From Candidatus Electronema aureum (lineage in GTDB: Bacteria; Desulfobacterota; Desulfobulbia; Desulfobulbales; Desulfobulbaceae), in NCBI GenBank assembly GCA_004284765.1, contig NQJD01000006.1:1-32000 (forward strand): a stretch of 32,000 bases of DNA, given 5' to 3'. The translations under genes were made by a program, and so were the position numbers. Shown here in pieces: positions 1 to 9,158 of this stretch. A model generated the notes under the pieces. The model saw only the letters and a program-made list of their open reading frames with translations. It was not told the DNA's origin and did not search any database. Numbering within the stretch: the stretch's first letter is position 1; each line of letters opens with the position of its first letter.

Positions 1-143
1 CGTCTGATTCGTAAAATTTTGGCGCACACTGTTTGTGTCTTCCTTAATTTGGTCTATAACCGCCCTCCACTTGACTTGGATGGCTTGATTGCTGCCTAAT
101 CAAGTTTAAAAGAGTTGCACATTAGGTCGCTATTTTAACTTGC

Positions 144-1331
144 TTGATTTCTTCCAAACCTAACTATCCTGCTATTCCTCAAGTGAATCTTCAAAAACTC
201 ATCGACCGAGAGCGACTGGCTCGAATCTTTATCCAGCTTTGTGAAATTGACAGCCCTTCCGGTGAGGAAGGACGCATGGCCACGCTGGTCACGGAACTCC
301 TCTGCGGTCTTGGTGCGCCGCCGCCGTTTGAGGACAATTCTGCCGCAACTACCGGCTCGCAGTGCGGCAACCTCATCTTTCGCTTTGAGGGCGATGCAGA
401 CCGAGAACCGTTGTTTTTTAACTGCCACTTGGACACAGTCGAGCCGGGACGCGGCATTAGGGTGCTGCGTCAAGGCGACCGCTTCACCAGCAGCGGCAAT
501 ACCATACTTGGTAGCGACGACAAAGCCGGCATTGCCGCGATGATCGAAGCGTGGCGGATAATTAGGGAAAATAATCTGTCCTATGCGCCTTTAGAATTCG
601 TCTTCACCACTGCCGAGGAGACTGGCCTACTCGGTGCTAAGGCTTTCAACCCAGCCCATCTGCGGGCAAAAATGGGTTACGCTTTGGATACCAGCGGTTT
701 TGGCAGAGTAATTATCGGTGCGCCTGCCTCCAACCGTCTGAGCATCACAGTTAAAGGGGTCGCGGCACATGCTGGCCTGTACCCAGAAAAGGGCATCAAC
801 GCCATTGTGCTGGCAGCTAAGGCTTTGGCTGCGTCTCCTTGCGGCAGAATTGACGAAGAAACGACGGTCAATTTTGGCACCATTCGTGGCGGCGCAGCCA
901 CGAATATCGTGCCAGAACACGTGCTGATTGAGGGCGAAGTCCGCAGTCATTCAATGGAAAAATTAGAGCGATTGACCAAGGAAATCGAAGCCGTTTTCCG
1001 CAGGGTGATTGCTGACTGGCGCGATCCGTCTGGGCAGGCCAAGGGTGCGCCTGAGCTATATTTTCAGACTGAATTAGATTTCCCGGCAATGAAACTGAGC
1101 CGAGAAGACGCGGTGATCCGCCGAATTGCCGCCGCCGCAAAAAGTATTGGCATGGATTTGAGCTACGAGATTGCCGGAGGGGGGAGCGATGCCAACATCT
1201 TCAATGGCTGCGGTCTCCAAACCGCCATTGTTGCCACTGGTATGACCAATGTGCATACAACCGCTGAAGAGGTCAGTTTGGAGGATATGGTAGAACTCAC
1301 CCGGCTCATTTTGGCTCTAACCACCGGGTGA
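144..1331 (+). CDS. M20-family metallopeptidase (peptidase T / tripeptidase-like)
   Basis: 395-aa ORF with motifs HLDTV, GSDDKAGIAA and TTAEETGLLGA, typical of M20 (PepT-like) metallopeptidases. The ORF-track start is TTG, so the true start is uncertain. Confidence 0.7.
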   Translation: MISSKPNYPAIPQVNLQKLIDRERLARIFIQLCEIDSPSGEEGRMATLVTELLCGLGAPPPFEDNSAATTGSQCGNLIFRFEGDADREPLFFNCHLDTVEPGRGIRVLRQGDRFTSSGNTILGSDDKAGIAAMIEAWRIIRENNLSYAPLEFVFTTAEETGLLGAKAFNPAHLRAKMGYALDTSGFGRVIIGAPASNRLSITVKGVAAHAGLYPEKGINAIVLAAKALAASPCGRIDEETTVNFGTIRGGAATNIVPEHVLIEGEVRSHSMEKLERLTKEIEAVFRRVIADWRDPSGQAKGAPELYFQTELDFPAMKLSREDAVIRRIAAAAKSIGMDLSYEIAGGGSDANIFNGCGLQTAIVATGMTNVHTTAEEVSLEDMVELTRLILALTTG

Positions 1332-1339
1332 TACAAGAT

Positions 1340-1825
1340 TTAGCAGGCCGTCCCGGCCTGAATATTGATTACCTCGAATTCCCGCATCCCGCCCGGTGTT
1401 TTGGCGACGATCTCATCACCCACAGCCTTGCCGAGAATCGAGCGGCCCAGCGGCGCGAGCACAGAGATGGAGCCGCGTTGCACGTCAGCCTCTTCTGGCC
1501 CCAAAAGTTGATAGGTCACTTCCTCGTCGGTCTTCATGTCCATCAGGGTAATGACTGTACCAAAAACCGCCCGTCTGGTGGTCACTTTGGTGCAATCAAT
1601 GGTCTCAGCTCGACCTAATTTGTCCCTCAGCTCCATGATCCGGCCCTCGACCAGGCTCTGCCGCTCCTTGGCTGCATGGTATTCGGCGTTTTCCTTCAGA
1701 TCACCGTGGGCGCGGGCGATCTCAATCGCCTTGACCACGTCAGGCCGCTCGACTTTCTCTAACCGCTCTAACTCTTTTTTGAGCTGCTGGTATCCGCTCT
1801 GGGACATGGGGATGCGTTCAACCAT
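1340..1825 (-). CDS. greA: Transcription elongation factor GreA
   Basis: Sequence MVERIPMSQSGYQQLKKELERL...HGDLKENAEYHAAKERQ matches the GreA N-terminal coiled coil and C-terminal domain. I moved the start to the ATG at about 1825, preceded by AAGGAAG. The ORF-track start at 1843 is TTG. Confidence 0.9.
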   Translation of the reverse strand: MVERIPMSQSGYQQLKKELERLEKVERPDVVKAIEIARAHGDLKENAEYHAAKERQSLVEGRIMELRDKLGRAETIDCTKVTTRRAVFGTVITLMDMKTDEEVTYQLLGPEEADVQRGSISVLAPLGRSILGKAVGDEIVAKTPGGMREFEVINIQAGTAC

Positions 1826-1852
1826 GATACTTCCTTTTTTCAATATGTTGGC

Positions 1853-1895
1853 AAAAAAGAATCCTTCCGCTACGGGCGGAGCCGCAGGGGAAGGA
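1853..1895 (-). terminator. Rho-independent terminator-like hairpin downstream of the DegT-family gene
   Basis: On the minus strand, TCCTTCC...GGAAGGA forms a 7-bp stem around a GC-rich loop and is followed by TTCTTTTTTG. Confidence 0.45.
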
Positions 1896-1916
1896 AGACC
1901 TGTTTTTTGGGACAGC

Positions 1917-3104
1917 TTAAGAACGATAAAACTCGGCGATAACCGAGACTACATACTCCTGCTGCTCCCGGCGCAGTTCCGGGAAGATCGGCAGGGCGAG
2001 TGAGTCCTGCGCCAGCTGCTCGGCAATGGGCAGGGACAGCTCGGTTGTGCCGTATTTCTTCATGCAGTCCTGCTTGTGCAGGCAGACCGGATAATAGACC
2101 TCGCAGCCTACGCCCTGCTGCTGGAGATAGGTGCGCAGAGCCTCGCGATTCGGTATCCGGATGACAAACTGGTTGTAGATGTGGTGGTTATGCGCCGTAG
2201 CTCCAGGGCTGGCTGCATGAACCGCCTTGGGCAGCATCACCGGGTTGTCCGTCAGCCCAGCCTGAGCGAACAGCTCCTGATAAACCCGGCTGTTGGCCTG
2301 CCGCTGCTTGTGCCACTGCTCCAGATGCGGCAGCTTGACGCTGAGGACGGCGGCCTGAATCGGATCAAGACGGAAGTTGCCGCCGATTTTAGCGTGATAG
2401 TATTTTGGTTGCGCCCCGTGGTTGCGATAGCAGCGCAACGTGTCGGCAAAGGCTTTATCCGACGTGACGACCATGCCGCCGTCGCCCAAGCAGCCGAGGT
2501 TTTTCGACGGGAAGAAGGAATAGCAGCCGACCAAGCCCATTGCGCCCGCCTTGCGCCAGACTGTGGAGCCGTCTTTTGCCAGCATCGGATATTCTGAGCC
2601 AATGGCTTGGGCCGCATCTTCGATCACTGGGATGCCGTATTCTTGCGCCAAGGCCATGATTTTGCCCATGTCCGCGCACTGACCGAAGAGATGCACCGGG
2701 ATGATTGCTTTGATCGTCCGTCCATTCTTGGTATCTTCAGCAAGCAGCTCCGCCATCTTGCCGGGATCAATATTGAAGGTCTCACCTTCAATGTCGGCAA
2801 ACACTGGCAGCGCACCCACCCGCAAAATCGCCCCGACCGTGGCGAAGAAGCTGTACGGCGTAGTCAGCACCCGGTCGCCCGGCCCGATCTCCAAGGCCAT
2901 CAGCGTCATCAGCAAGGCATCGGTGCCGCTGCTCACGCCGATGCCGAAGCCTGCGCCGCAGTAGGCAGCCACATCCTGATCAAGCTGCGTGACCTTAGGG
3001 CCGAGGATATAGGTGGTGGAATCAACCACCTCGGTGACGGCCCGCAGGATGTCGTCACGCAGGGCAGCAGTCTGCTGGTGCAGATCCAAAAGAGGAACGT
3101 TCAT
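1917..3104 (-). CDS. DegT/DnrJ/EryC1/StrS-family PLP-dependent sugar aminotransferase
   Basis: 395-aa ORF with family-typical motifs: GTDAL, IPVHLFGQ, VIEDAAQAIG and the SFFPSKNLG lysine motif. Confidence 0.85.
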   Translation of the reverse strand: MNVPLLDLHQQTAALRDDILRAVTEVVDSTTYILGPKVTQLDQDVAAYCGAGFGIGVSSGTDALLMTLMALEIGPGDRVLTTPYSFFATVGAILRVGALPVFADIEGETFNIDPGKMAELLAEDTKNGRTIKAIIPVHLFGQCADMGKIMALAQEYGIPVIEDAAQAIGSEYPMLAKDGSTVWRKAGAMGLVGCYSFFPSKNLGCLGDGGMVVTSDKAFADTLRCYRNHGAQPKYYHAKIGGNFRLDPIQAAVLSVKLPHLEQWHKQRQANSRVYQELFAQAGLTDNPVMLPKAVHAASPGATAHNHHIYNQFVIRIPNREALRTYLQQQGVGCEVYYPVCLHKQDCMKKYGTTELSLPIAEQLAQDSLALPIFPELRREQQEYVVSVIAEFYRS

Positions 3105-3152
3105 TTTGACCTCAATTCAAGATAAACAGCGCATGATGGTGAACAATCCCGC

Positions 3153-4151
3153 TCAATGCAGATCAGAACCGCCAGCGGGGGCAGCAGCAATATATTCGGC
3201 ATCAAGGAAGTCCCGGACATCAGGTAGTTCCTTTTCAAACACGGCGCGGAGCTTTTTCAGCAGATTGGTCTCAATCTGCCGCACCCGCTCTCGCGAAATT
3301 TCAAATTGATCGGCAATAGTCTGAAGGGTCTCCGGCTCGTCACTGAGCAAGCGGGTGTTGAGGATGACCTTTTCTTTGTCATTCAGCAGCTCGTCGACCT
3401 GACTGAGGATGCCAGAAATTTTCTCCCGCACCTCGTGCATAGCCACGATGTCTTCGACCGCTGGGCCGCTGGCTGGAAAGAAGTCCTTCTGCTCGTCGTC
3501 CGAATCGCCCATCAGCGGAGCTTCCAAAGAGACATCCCAGCTATCCATGCGCTGGCCCATCTCGACAATCTCGCTTTCCTTGACGTTGAGCCGTTCGGCC
3601 AGCAACTTGACATCCGGGGCGAAACCCTGCGCCTCCAGCAGCTTCTTCTCCTTGTTCAGGCTGAAGAAGAGCCTGCGCTGGTTCTGGGTGGTGCCGATCT
3701 TCACCAGCCGCCAGTTGTCCATGATGAACTTGAGGATGTAGGCGCGAATCCAGTAGGCAGCGTAATAGGAGAACTTCACGCCCCGGTAGGGATCAAATTT
3801 CTTCGTCGCCTGCACGAGGCCAACATTGCCTTCCTGCACCAAGTCCATGAAATTCTGCATCCAGTATTTCTGGAAGTCCATCGCCACCTTGACCACCAAG
3901 CGCAGATTGGCGGAAACCAGCCGGTAAGCGGCCTCTGGGTCGCCAGTCTCCCGGAAGCGGACAGCCAGCGCATCAGTCTCCTCGCGGGAGAGCAACTCGT
4001 ATTGGCTGATCTCCTGCAAATAACGGTGCAAGGCAGGATTGCTGACCGCTGGCAGGTTATCCTCGTTCGAGGAGACCAAGGCCATTGGATAATAGGGTCG
4101 CGCTTCTATTTCCTCAACTTCTTCAGTGCTGTGTTCGATCTGTTCGTTCAT
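3153..4151 (-). CDS. rpoH: RNA polymerase sigma-32 (heat-shock sigma factor RpoH-like)
   Basis: Sigma70 regions 2-4 are present (LRLVVKVA, DLVQEGNVGLVQATKKFDP, YAAYWIRAYI). An RpoH-box-like QNQRRLFFSLNKEK is also present. The start is set at MNEQIEH. The upstream ORF-track extension starts at TTG and runs into the lepA leader. Confidence 0.75.
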   Translation of the reverse strand: MNEQIEHSTEEVEEIEARPYYPMALVSSNEDNLPAVSNPALHRYLQEISQYELLSREETDALAVRFRETGDPEAAYRLVSANLRLVVKVAMDFQKYWMQNFMDLVQEGNVGLVQATKKFDPYRGVKFSYYAAYWIRAYILKFIMDNWRLVKIGTTQNQRRLFFSLNKEKKLLEAQGFAPDVKLLAERLNVKESEIVEMGQRMDSWDVSLEAPLMGDSDDEQKDFFPASGPAVEDIVAMHEVREKISGILSQVDELLNDKEKVILNTRLLSDEPETLQTIADQFEISRERVRQIETNLLKKLRAVFEKELPDVRDFLDAEYIAAAPAGGSDLH

Positions 4152-4348
4152 AAAAAATACGTGTTCGGTACTGCTCTTCACTGTACTGCATTCCGGCAGA
4201 AAATTCACGCAGCAGGCAGAAAAAACAGGCCGTCTGGCCGGAGTCTGTGCTGTATTGCTTGAAAAAGTTTCAAATTCAGTATATTTATACTTCCCCCTTT
4301 CTGCAAACCGCAAAGAGTAACCCTTTTTCAATCAATATACAACAGAAT

Positions 4349-6142
4349 ATGAAAAACATACGAAATTTCAGCGTAATCGCCCATATAGACCACGGTAAAT
4401 CAACCTTGTCTGACCGCATGATTCAGCTCTGTGGCTTGGTCACGGCCCGCGAGTTTAAGGACCAGCTTTTGGACAACATGGATATTGAGCGGGAACGCGG
4501 CATTACCATCAAAAGCCAGACCATCTGCCTACCCTACAAGGCCAAGGACGGTCAACAGTATTATCTCAATCTGGTTGACACCCCTGGCCATGTTGACTTC
4601 ACCTACGAGGTCTCGCGTGCTCTGGCTGCCTGCGAAGGTGCGCTGCTCTTAGTTGACGCGGCGCAGGGCGTGGAAGCGCAGACTTTGGCTAACCTTTATC
4701 TGGCTATGGAGAACGACTTGGAGATCATTCCGGTGATCAACAAGGTAGACCTGCCTGCTGCCGAGCCAGAGAAGGTTGCGCGGGAGATCAGCGAAGACCT
4801 AGGCTTAGATGCTCGGATTATCCAGCAATGTTCAGCCAAGACTGGCTTAGGCGTGGAGAACATTCTTGAGGCCATCGTCAAATACCTGCCGCCGCCGAAG
4901 GGTGATGCTGACGCACCGCTGCAAGCCCTGATCTTTGACGCGAACTACGATGCCTATCGTGGCACGGTCATCTCGGTACGGATTGTCAACGGCATGGTCA
5001 AGCCCGGCGACACCATTGTCTTCATGCACAACAACTCTGAGTACAAGGTGGAGGAGGTCGGCCAGTATCTCCTCATCCGCACTCAGTGCGACAGCCTGTC
5101 TGCCGGGCAAATCGGCTATCTGATCGCCGGAGTGAAGACGCTCACCGATGCCAAGCCCGGCGACACTGTCACCCGCAAAGATGACCCTTGCTCTGTCGCC
5201 CTGCCCGGCTTCAAAGAGGCGCAGCAGGTGGTTTTCTCCTCCATCTACCCTATCTCCGCTGAGGACTACGAGGATTTGGGCGCGGCCTTGGAAAAGCTCC
5301 AGCTCAACGACGCTTCCCTCACCTTTCAGAAAGACTCTTCCGCCGCGCTGGGCTTCGGCTTCCGCTGCGGCTTCCTTGGCCTGCTCCATTTGGAGGTGGT
5401 GCAGGAGCGCATCGAGCGCGAGTTTGACCTCTCGATTATCCTCACCGTGCCGTCGGTGCGCTACGAGGTCTATCTGAACAGCGGCACTGTCCAAATGCTC
5501 GACAATCCCTCGTTCTTTCCTGATCCGAGTTTGATTGAGCATGTTGAAGAGCCGTTCATCCGGGCATCCATCCTCATCCCAGAACGCTACATGGGCACAC
5601 TGATGAATCTCTGCATGGAACGGCGCGGCGAGAACATCACCCACCACTACCCAACGACAGGCCGGATTGAGCTGACCTGCGAGCTGCCGCTGGCTGAGGT
5701 CATTTATGACTTCTACGACAAGCTCAAATCGCTGACGCAGGGCTATGGCTCCTTTGATTATCAGATGCTGGACTACCGCACCAGCGATTTGGTTAAATTA
5801 GATATTCTTGTCAACAGCGAGCGGGTAGACGCGCTTTCTCAGCTCACCCACCGCCAGCGCGCCCGCGAGCGCGGCCTGAAAGCCTGCGAGAAATTGCAGG
5901 AAGAAATTCCCCGCCAGATGTTCAAGATCGCCATTCAGGCCAGCATCGGCGGCAACGTGGTGGCCCGCACCAATATCTCGGCCTTGCGCAAGGATGTCAC
6001 CGCCAAATGCTACGGCGGCGACATCAGCCGCAAACGCAAGCTGCTGGAAAAACAGAAAGCGGGCAAAAAACGAATGAAAACCGTGGGCAATGTCGATATC
6101 CCGCAGTCGGCTTTTTTGTCGGTGCTGAAGTCGGAGCAGTAA
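4349..6142 (+). CDS. lepA: Elongation factor 4 (LepA)
   Basis: MKNIRNFSVIAHIDHGKSTLSDR, DTPGHVDF, NKVD and the LepA-specific C-terminal domain are present. The start is moved to the ATG at 4349, because the ORF-track start is an upstream GTG. Confidence 0.95.
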   Translation: MKNIRNFSVIAHIDHGKSTLSDRMIQLCGLVTAREFKDQLLDNMDIERERGITIKSQTICLPYKAKDGQQYYLNLVDTPGHVDFTYEVSRALAACEGALLLVDAAQGVEAQTLANLYLAMENDLEIIPVINKVDLPAAEPEKVAREISEDLGLDARIIQQCSAKTGLGVENILEAIVKYLPPPKGDADAPLQALIFDANYDAYRGTVISVRIVNGMVKPGDTIVFMHNNSEYKVEEVGQYLLIRTQCDSLSAGQIGYLIAGVKTLTDAKPGDTVTRKDDPCSVALPGFKEAQQVVFSSIYPISAEDYEDLGAALEKLQLNDASLTFQKDSSAALGFGFRCGFLGLLHLEVVQERIEREFDLSIILTVPSVRYEVYLNSGTVQMLDNPSFFPDPSLIEHVEEPFIRASILIPERYMGTLMNLCMERRGENITHHYPTTGRIELTCELPLAEVIYDFYDKLKSLTQGYGSFDYQMLDYRTSDLVKLDILVNSERVDALSQLTHRQRARERGLKACEKLQEEIPRQMFKIAIQASIGGNVVARTNISALRKDVTAKCYGGDISRKRKLLEKQKAGKKRMKTVGNVDIPQSAFLSVLKSEQ

Positions 6143-6161
6143 GGCGGAAGGGATGAGGAGG

Positions 6162-6222
6162 TAGGCGCGGCCTGTGAGAAAGTAGAAAAAATATACCTTC
6201 TCATAGGCCGCGCCTATCTTTT
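6162..6222 (+). terminator. lepA terminator hairpin (19-bp stem)
   Basis: TAGGCGCGGCCTGTGAGAA ... TTCTCATAGGCCGCGCCTA pairs with one G-U position and is followed by TCTTTT. Confidence 0.6.
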
Positions 6223-6228
6223 AATAGG

Positions 6229-6277
6229 AAAAATATATGAGGAAATAGACGCGGACTATTTCCTCATATATTTTTTG
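6229..6277. terminator. Second, AT-rich perfect 20-bp hairpin (possibly a bidirectional terminator)
   Basis: AAAAATATATGAGGAAATAG-acgcgga-CTATTTCCTCATATATTTTT, with an A run on the left and a T run on the right. Confidence 0.45.
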
Positions 6278-6379
6278 GATGAAAAGGTATAAAAAATATA
6301 CTTTCCGGCAGGCGGAAGAGGTTTGGCGGTTGTATGGGCGAAAATTTTTTTGCCCATACGAAACAAGGAGGCATCAACG

Positions 6380-7567
6380 ATGAACGTTGACAAATGGATT
6401 GAGGCGTTGCAGCACCCTTTGGTGCTTGCCGGATTCGGCCTGTTTCTTTTCGCGGCCCTGATCAAGCCGCTGTTTCTCAACAACGAGAAGCTCTCTGGCA
6501 CGGCGATGGAGCGGCTGCTGCACAAGGGGATGAATTTTGCCTTTACGCTGGCCTTGCTGGCTATTGCGGGCGGCTTGCTGCTAGATTGGAAGGATGGCAG
6601 CAAGGCAGCGGCGAATAAAGAAAAAAATGTAAAAATTTCGACAGAAGGCGTTGATGTTAATCAAACTATTGATGGAAGCAATATCAGCATAGACGCGGCT
6701 ACGGTCATGACTTACGGCCTAAGTAAAGAGCAGTACGAGGAACAAATAAAAAAGTTATTGAATGAGCTTGCTGCCAAGTCGCAGAATGCCGCTACCGGAC
6801 AGCGTGCGCTCCTTGAGCAGAAGTTGAAAGTTGTGGGTGAGAAATTTTCCGACATCGAGAAAAGCTACAAGGAAGAGATAGAACGGCGCAAAGCGGCGGA
6901 CGACGCCCTTGCCCAGATGAAAGGCCAGCTTCCTGACGAGCAGATAAAACAGGCCAAGCTCAAATTGGAGCAGGGCGAGACCACAGCAGCGGAAAAAGCC
7001 TTTGATGCGGTGGTTGAAAAGGAAGGCGGCGCGGTCGCGCTGGCAGCCTATCAGAGCGGGCAGTTGGCCGAGGGCAGGCTGGATTATGATAAGGCTATGA
7101 TACAGTATAAAAAAGCAGTTATACTGGAGGAATACCACACTGAGTATCTTTTTGCCGCTGGAAAAATGGCTAGGGCAATGGCGGAGTATAGGCAGGCAGA
7201 AGATTGGTTTCGCCGCCTGCTGAAGATCAGCGAGCAGAGGAAATATGCTGCGGAACTCGTTACAGCTCTCAACAATCTGACTGAGTTATATGAAGAACAG
7301 GGCCGCTACGAGGACGCAGTGCTGCTGCACAAGCGTATCTTGACGATCAGGGAGCAAAAACTGGGTAAAAAGCATCCCTCAGTTGCTGCCACATTGAAAA
7401 AATTAGCTTGGACTTATGAAGTGTTGGGCCGGTATGAGCAAGCAGAATCGCTATATCAGCAAGCCATCTCCATCATGAAAAGCAAATTCCCCGGTGGCCA
7501 TCCGAATATTGATGTGATGCAGCAAAACTACGACGAGCTGAAACGCAAGATGGCAGAGCAGCAATAA
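6380..7567 (+). CDS. Membrane-anchored coiled-coil / TPR-repeat protein, function unknown
   Basis: AAGGAGG lies 8 nt before the ATG at 6380. There are two hydrophobic segments (LVLAGFGLFLFAALI, FAFTLALLAIAGGLLL). A K/E-rich coiled coil follows, then TPR_12-like repeats (LNNLTELYEEQGRYEDAVLLHKRIL, LAWTYEVLGRYEQAESLYQQAI). Confidence 0.6.
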   Translation: MNVDKWIEALQHPLVLAGFGLFLFAALIKPLFLNNEKLSGTAMERLLHKGMNFAFTLALLAIAGGLLLDWKDGSKAAANKEKNVKISTEGVDVNQTIDGSNISIDAATVMTYGLSKEQYEEQIKKLLNELAAKSQNAATGQRALLEQKLKVVGEKFSDIEKSYKEEIERRKAADDALAQMKGQLPDEQIKQAKLKLEQGETTAAEKAFDAVVEKEGGAVALAAYQSGQLAEGRLDYDKAMIQYKKAVILEEYHTEYLFAAGKMARAMAEYRQAEDWFRRLLKISEQRKYAAELVTALNNLTELYEEQGRYEDAVLLHKRILTIREQKLGKKHPSVAATLKKLAWTYEVLGRYEQAESLYQQAISIMKSKFPGGHPNIDVMQQNYDELKRKMAEQQ

Positions 7568-7623
7568 TCCGCCGCAGCCCACGAGGAAGAGTATCTACTC
7601 AAGTTGCGGCTTACGCAAGAGGT

Positions 7624-8904
7624 CTATTCACGAGATTCTCTCTCGTTCCTCTTCAGATATATCTCCCAACCAATACCGGGCAGCAGCGAAATGAGGGCCA
7701 GTGCCAAGACAATCTGGCGTGGATCAACCTTCAATTCCATTGCTTTTCCGGTGAGCCAAATAGACAAGCTCATCACTAAGGTAAGGAATGCCATTTCAGC
7801 AGAGAAAACGCGACCTCGGAAGCGGTCTTCCACGCTGCGATGAATCAGAGTGGTACTAAACACCCATTGAATTGAGCCGCAGGCGTGGCCGCAGCAAACC
7901 CAGACAGCGGCAAGTAGCATGTTTGGTGCCTGACTGAAGAGGACGTAGGCAGCAGCATAGACAAAGAACGCCTTACCAACAACTTGCCGCATCGCTGCGC
8001 TTCCTTCGCCGAAGAGTCTCCACGCGAGGATGGGGCCAATAGCCGCGCCGAGGCCACGCATGGCAAAAAGGATACCGCTGCCCCCCCCTTGACCACCAGT
8101 GGCAAAGACTTGTTCGCCGAACACTGCCAGCATGACCAACACCCCACCGGACAAGGCCCAGCCGCTTTTCACCAGCAGCAGAGCAGCGATCTTCGGCTGC
8201 GCTTGCACATAAACAACGCCTTCTTTCAAATCATCCCAACCTGTAAGTCGCCCCAGCGAAAACGTACTTTCTTGCTTTTTCTCTCTCTTTGGTAGAACAA
8301 CTGTGGCCATCATTCCCGCTGAGAGAAGAAAGCTCAGGCTATCGGCGATGATGGCTGCTTGCCAGCCAAGCTGCGCAGTGAAAAAGCCACCTAAGGCCGC
8401 GCCCGTTGCCAGCATCACTGACCACGACGCGCCGGATAAGCCATTGATGATGCTCAGTTCCTCTTTGTTTGTGCAGAGATCAGGCACAGAGGCTTGGCGG
8501 GCCGGGTTGCTGAAAGTCCACACAGCTTCTTGGCTAAAGGCAAGAAGATAGATCAGCCAAACATCAGCCGGATTTCTAACGAAGAGATAGCCCAGTACCA
8601 CTGCCACCCGGATCAGATCGCAGCCGATCATAACGGTTTTGCGACTATATCTGTCTGCAATGACACCAGCGGCCGGGCCAAAAATAGCCGGAGCTAAATG
8701 CTTGGCGATGAGGAACCAGCTCACTGCTTTGCCAGAGCCGGTGAGCTGATTCAGCAGAACAAACAACGCGATATAATTGAACCAATCACCGATTTGACTG
8801 ACACAGCCGGACAGCCAGTAACGGCGGTAGTTGGCGTTAGAACGCAGCAGGTGGAGATAAGACGAAAGGTGGCCAGCGGCATAGGATTTTTTCTTTGACT
8901 GCAT
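7624..8904 (-). CDS. MFS transporter (MFS_3 / EntS-like family)
   Basis: 426-aa polytopic protein. The N-terminal YRRYWLSGCVSQIGDWFNYIAL motif is typical of the MFS_3 family, and multiple TM segments are visible. Confidence 0.75.
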   Translation of the reverse strand: MQSKKKSYAAGHLSSYLHLLRSNANYRRYWLSGCVSQIGDWFNYIALFVLLNQLTGSGKAVSWFLIAKHLAPAIFGPAAGVIADRYSRKTVMIGCDLIRVAVVLGYLFVRNPADVWLIYLLAFSQEAVWTFSNPARQASVPDLCTNKEELSIINGLSGASWSVMLATGAALGGFFTAQLGWQAAIIADSLSFLLSAGMMATVVLPKREKKQESTFSLGRLTGWDDLKEGVVYVQAQPKIAALLLVKSGWALSGGVLVMLAVFGEQVFATGGQGGGSGILFAMRGLGAAIGPILAWRLFGEGSAAMRQVVGKAFFVYAAAYVLFSQAPNMLLAAVWVCCGHACGSIQWVFSTTLIHRSVEDRFRGRVFSAEMAFLTLVMSLSIWLTGKAMELKVDPRQIVLALALISLLPGIGWEIYLKRNERESRE

Positions 8905-9158
8905 ATATTGTTTTGAATATAATAGGCGTTGGTTAATTATGAATTATTGACATGACAGATAATTGATTGCATCAATAGTAAATGATCATGATGAATTAAA
9001 TTTCAAGTTGCTCTTCATGACTGTGCAATCAGTCTTCACTTGTTCCAGAATACATTATCCAGACCAAATAGAATAATATAGAATTGATCGTCTTCCAAGC
9101 AGATAAAACCGTGATTGCGTAATATCCTCACTCCTATCATACCCTGAACTACCTACCC

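Noticed and set aside
4140-4201. Apparent one-base discrepancy, seen when I translated rpoH by eye from the printed sequence. It looks like an extra C near 4140 and one A too few near 4200.
   Set aside because: The supplied ORF track gives intact, mutually consistent ORFs on both strands here. The two differences cancel, so I attribute this to my own reading or counting error rather than a real frameshift.
3306-4262. Long ORFs antisense to real genes. They lie at 3306-4262 (rpoH), 4847-5647 (lepA), 12533-13327 (octaheme gene), 21188-22000 (nifH), 22854-23660 (nifD) and 28404-29204 (binding-protein gene).
   Set aside because: Each lies opposite a gene with clear family motifs. Their translations are low-complexity (R/L/H/V-rich) with no recognisable domain. 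This is the usual stop-codon-poor antisense frame of codon-biased genes.
4247-4348. N-terminal extensions in the ORF track. Affected genes are lepA (4247), the TPR gene (6323), napH (15598), napF (19921), greA (1843), panB (30720) and rpoH (4331).
   Set aside because: The extensions start at GTG or TTG, or lack an RBS. They overlap upstream genes or leaders. Internal ATGs with good RBSs reproduce the canonical N-termini of these families.
6256-6603. 115-aa minus-strand ORF overlapping the lepA terminator region and the start of the TPR gene.
   Set aside because: It is antisense to a gene with a strong RBS. It begins inside hairpin and AT-rich repeat sequence and has no recognisable domain.
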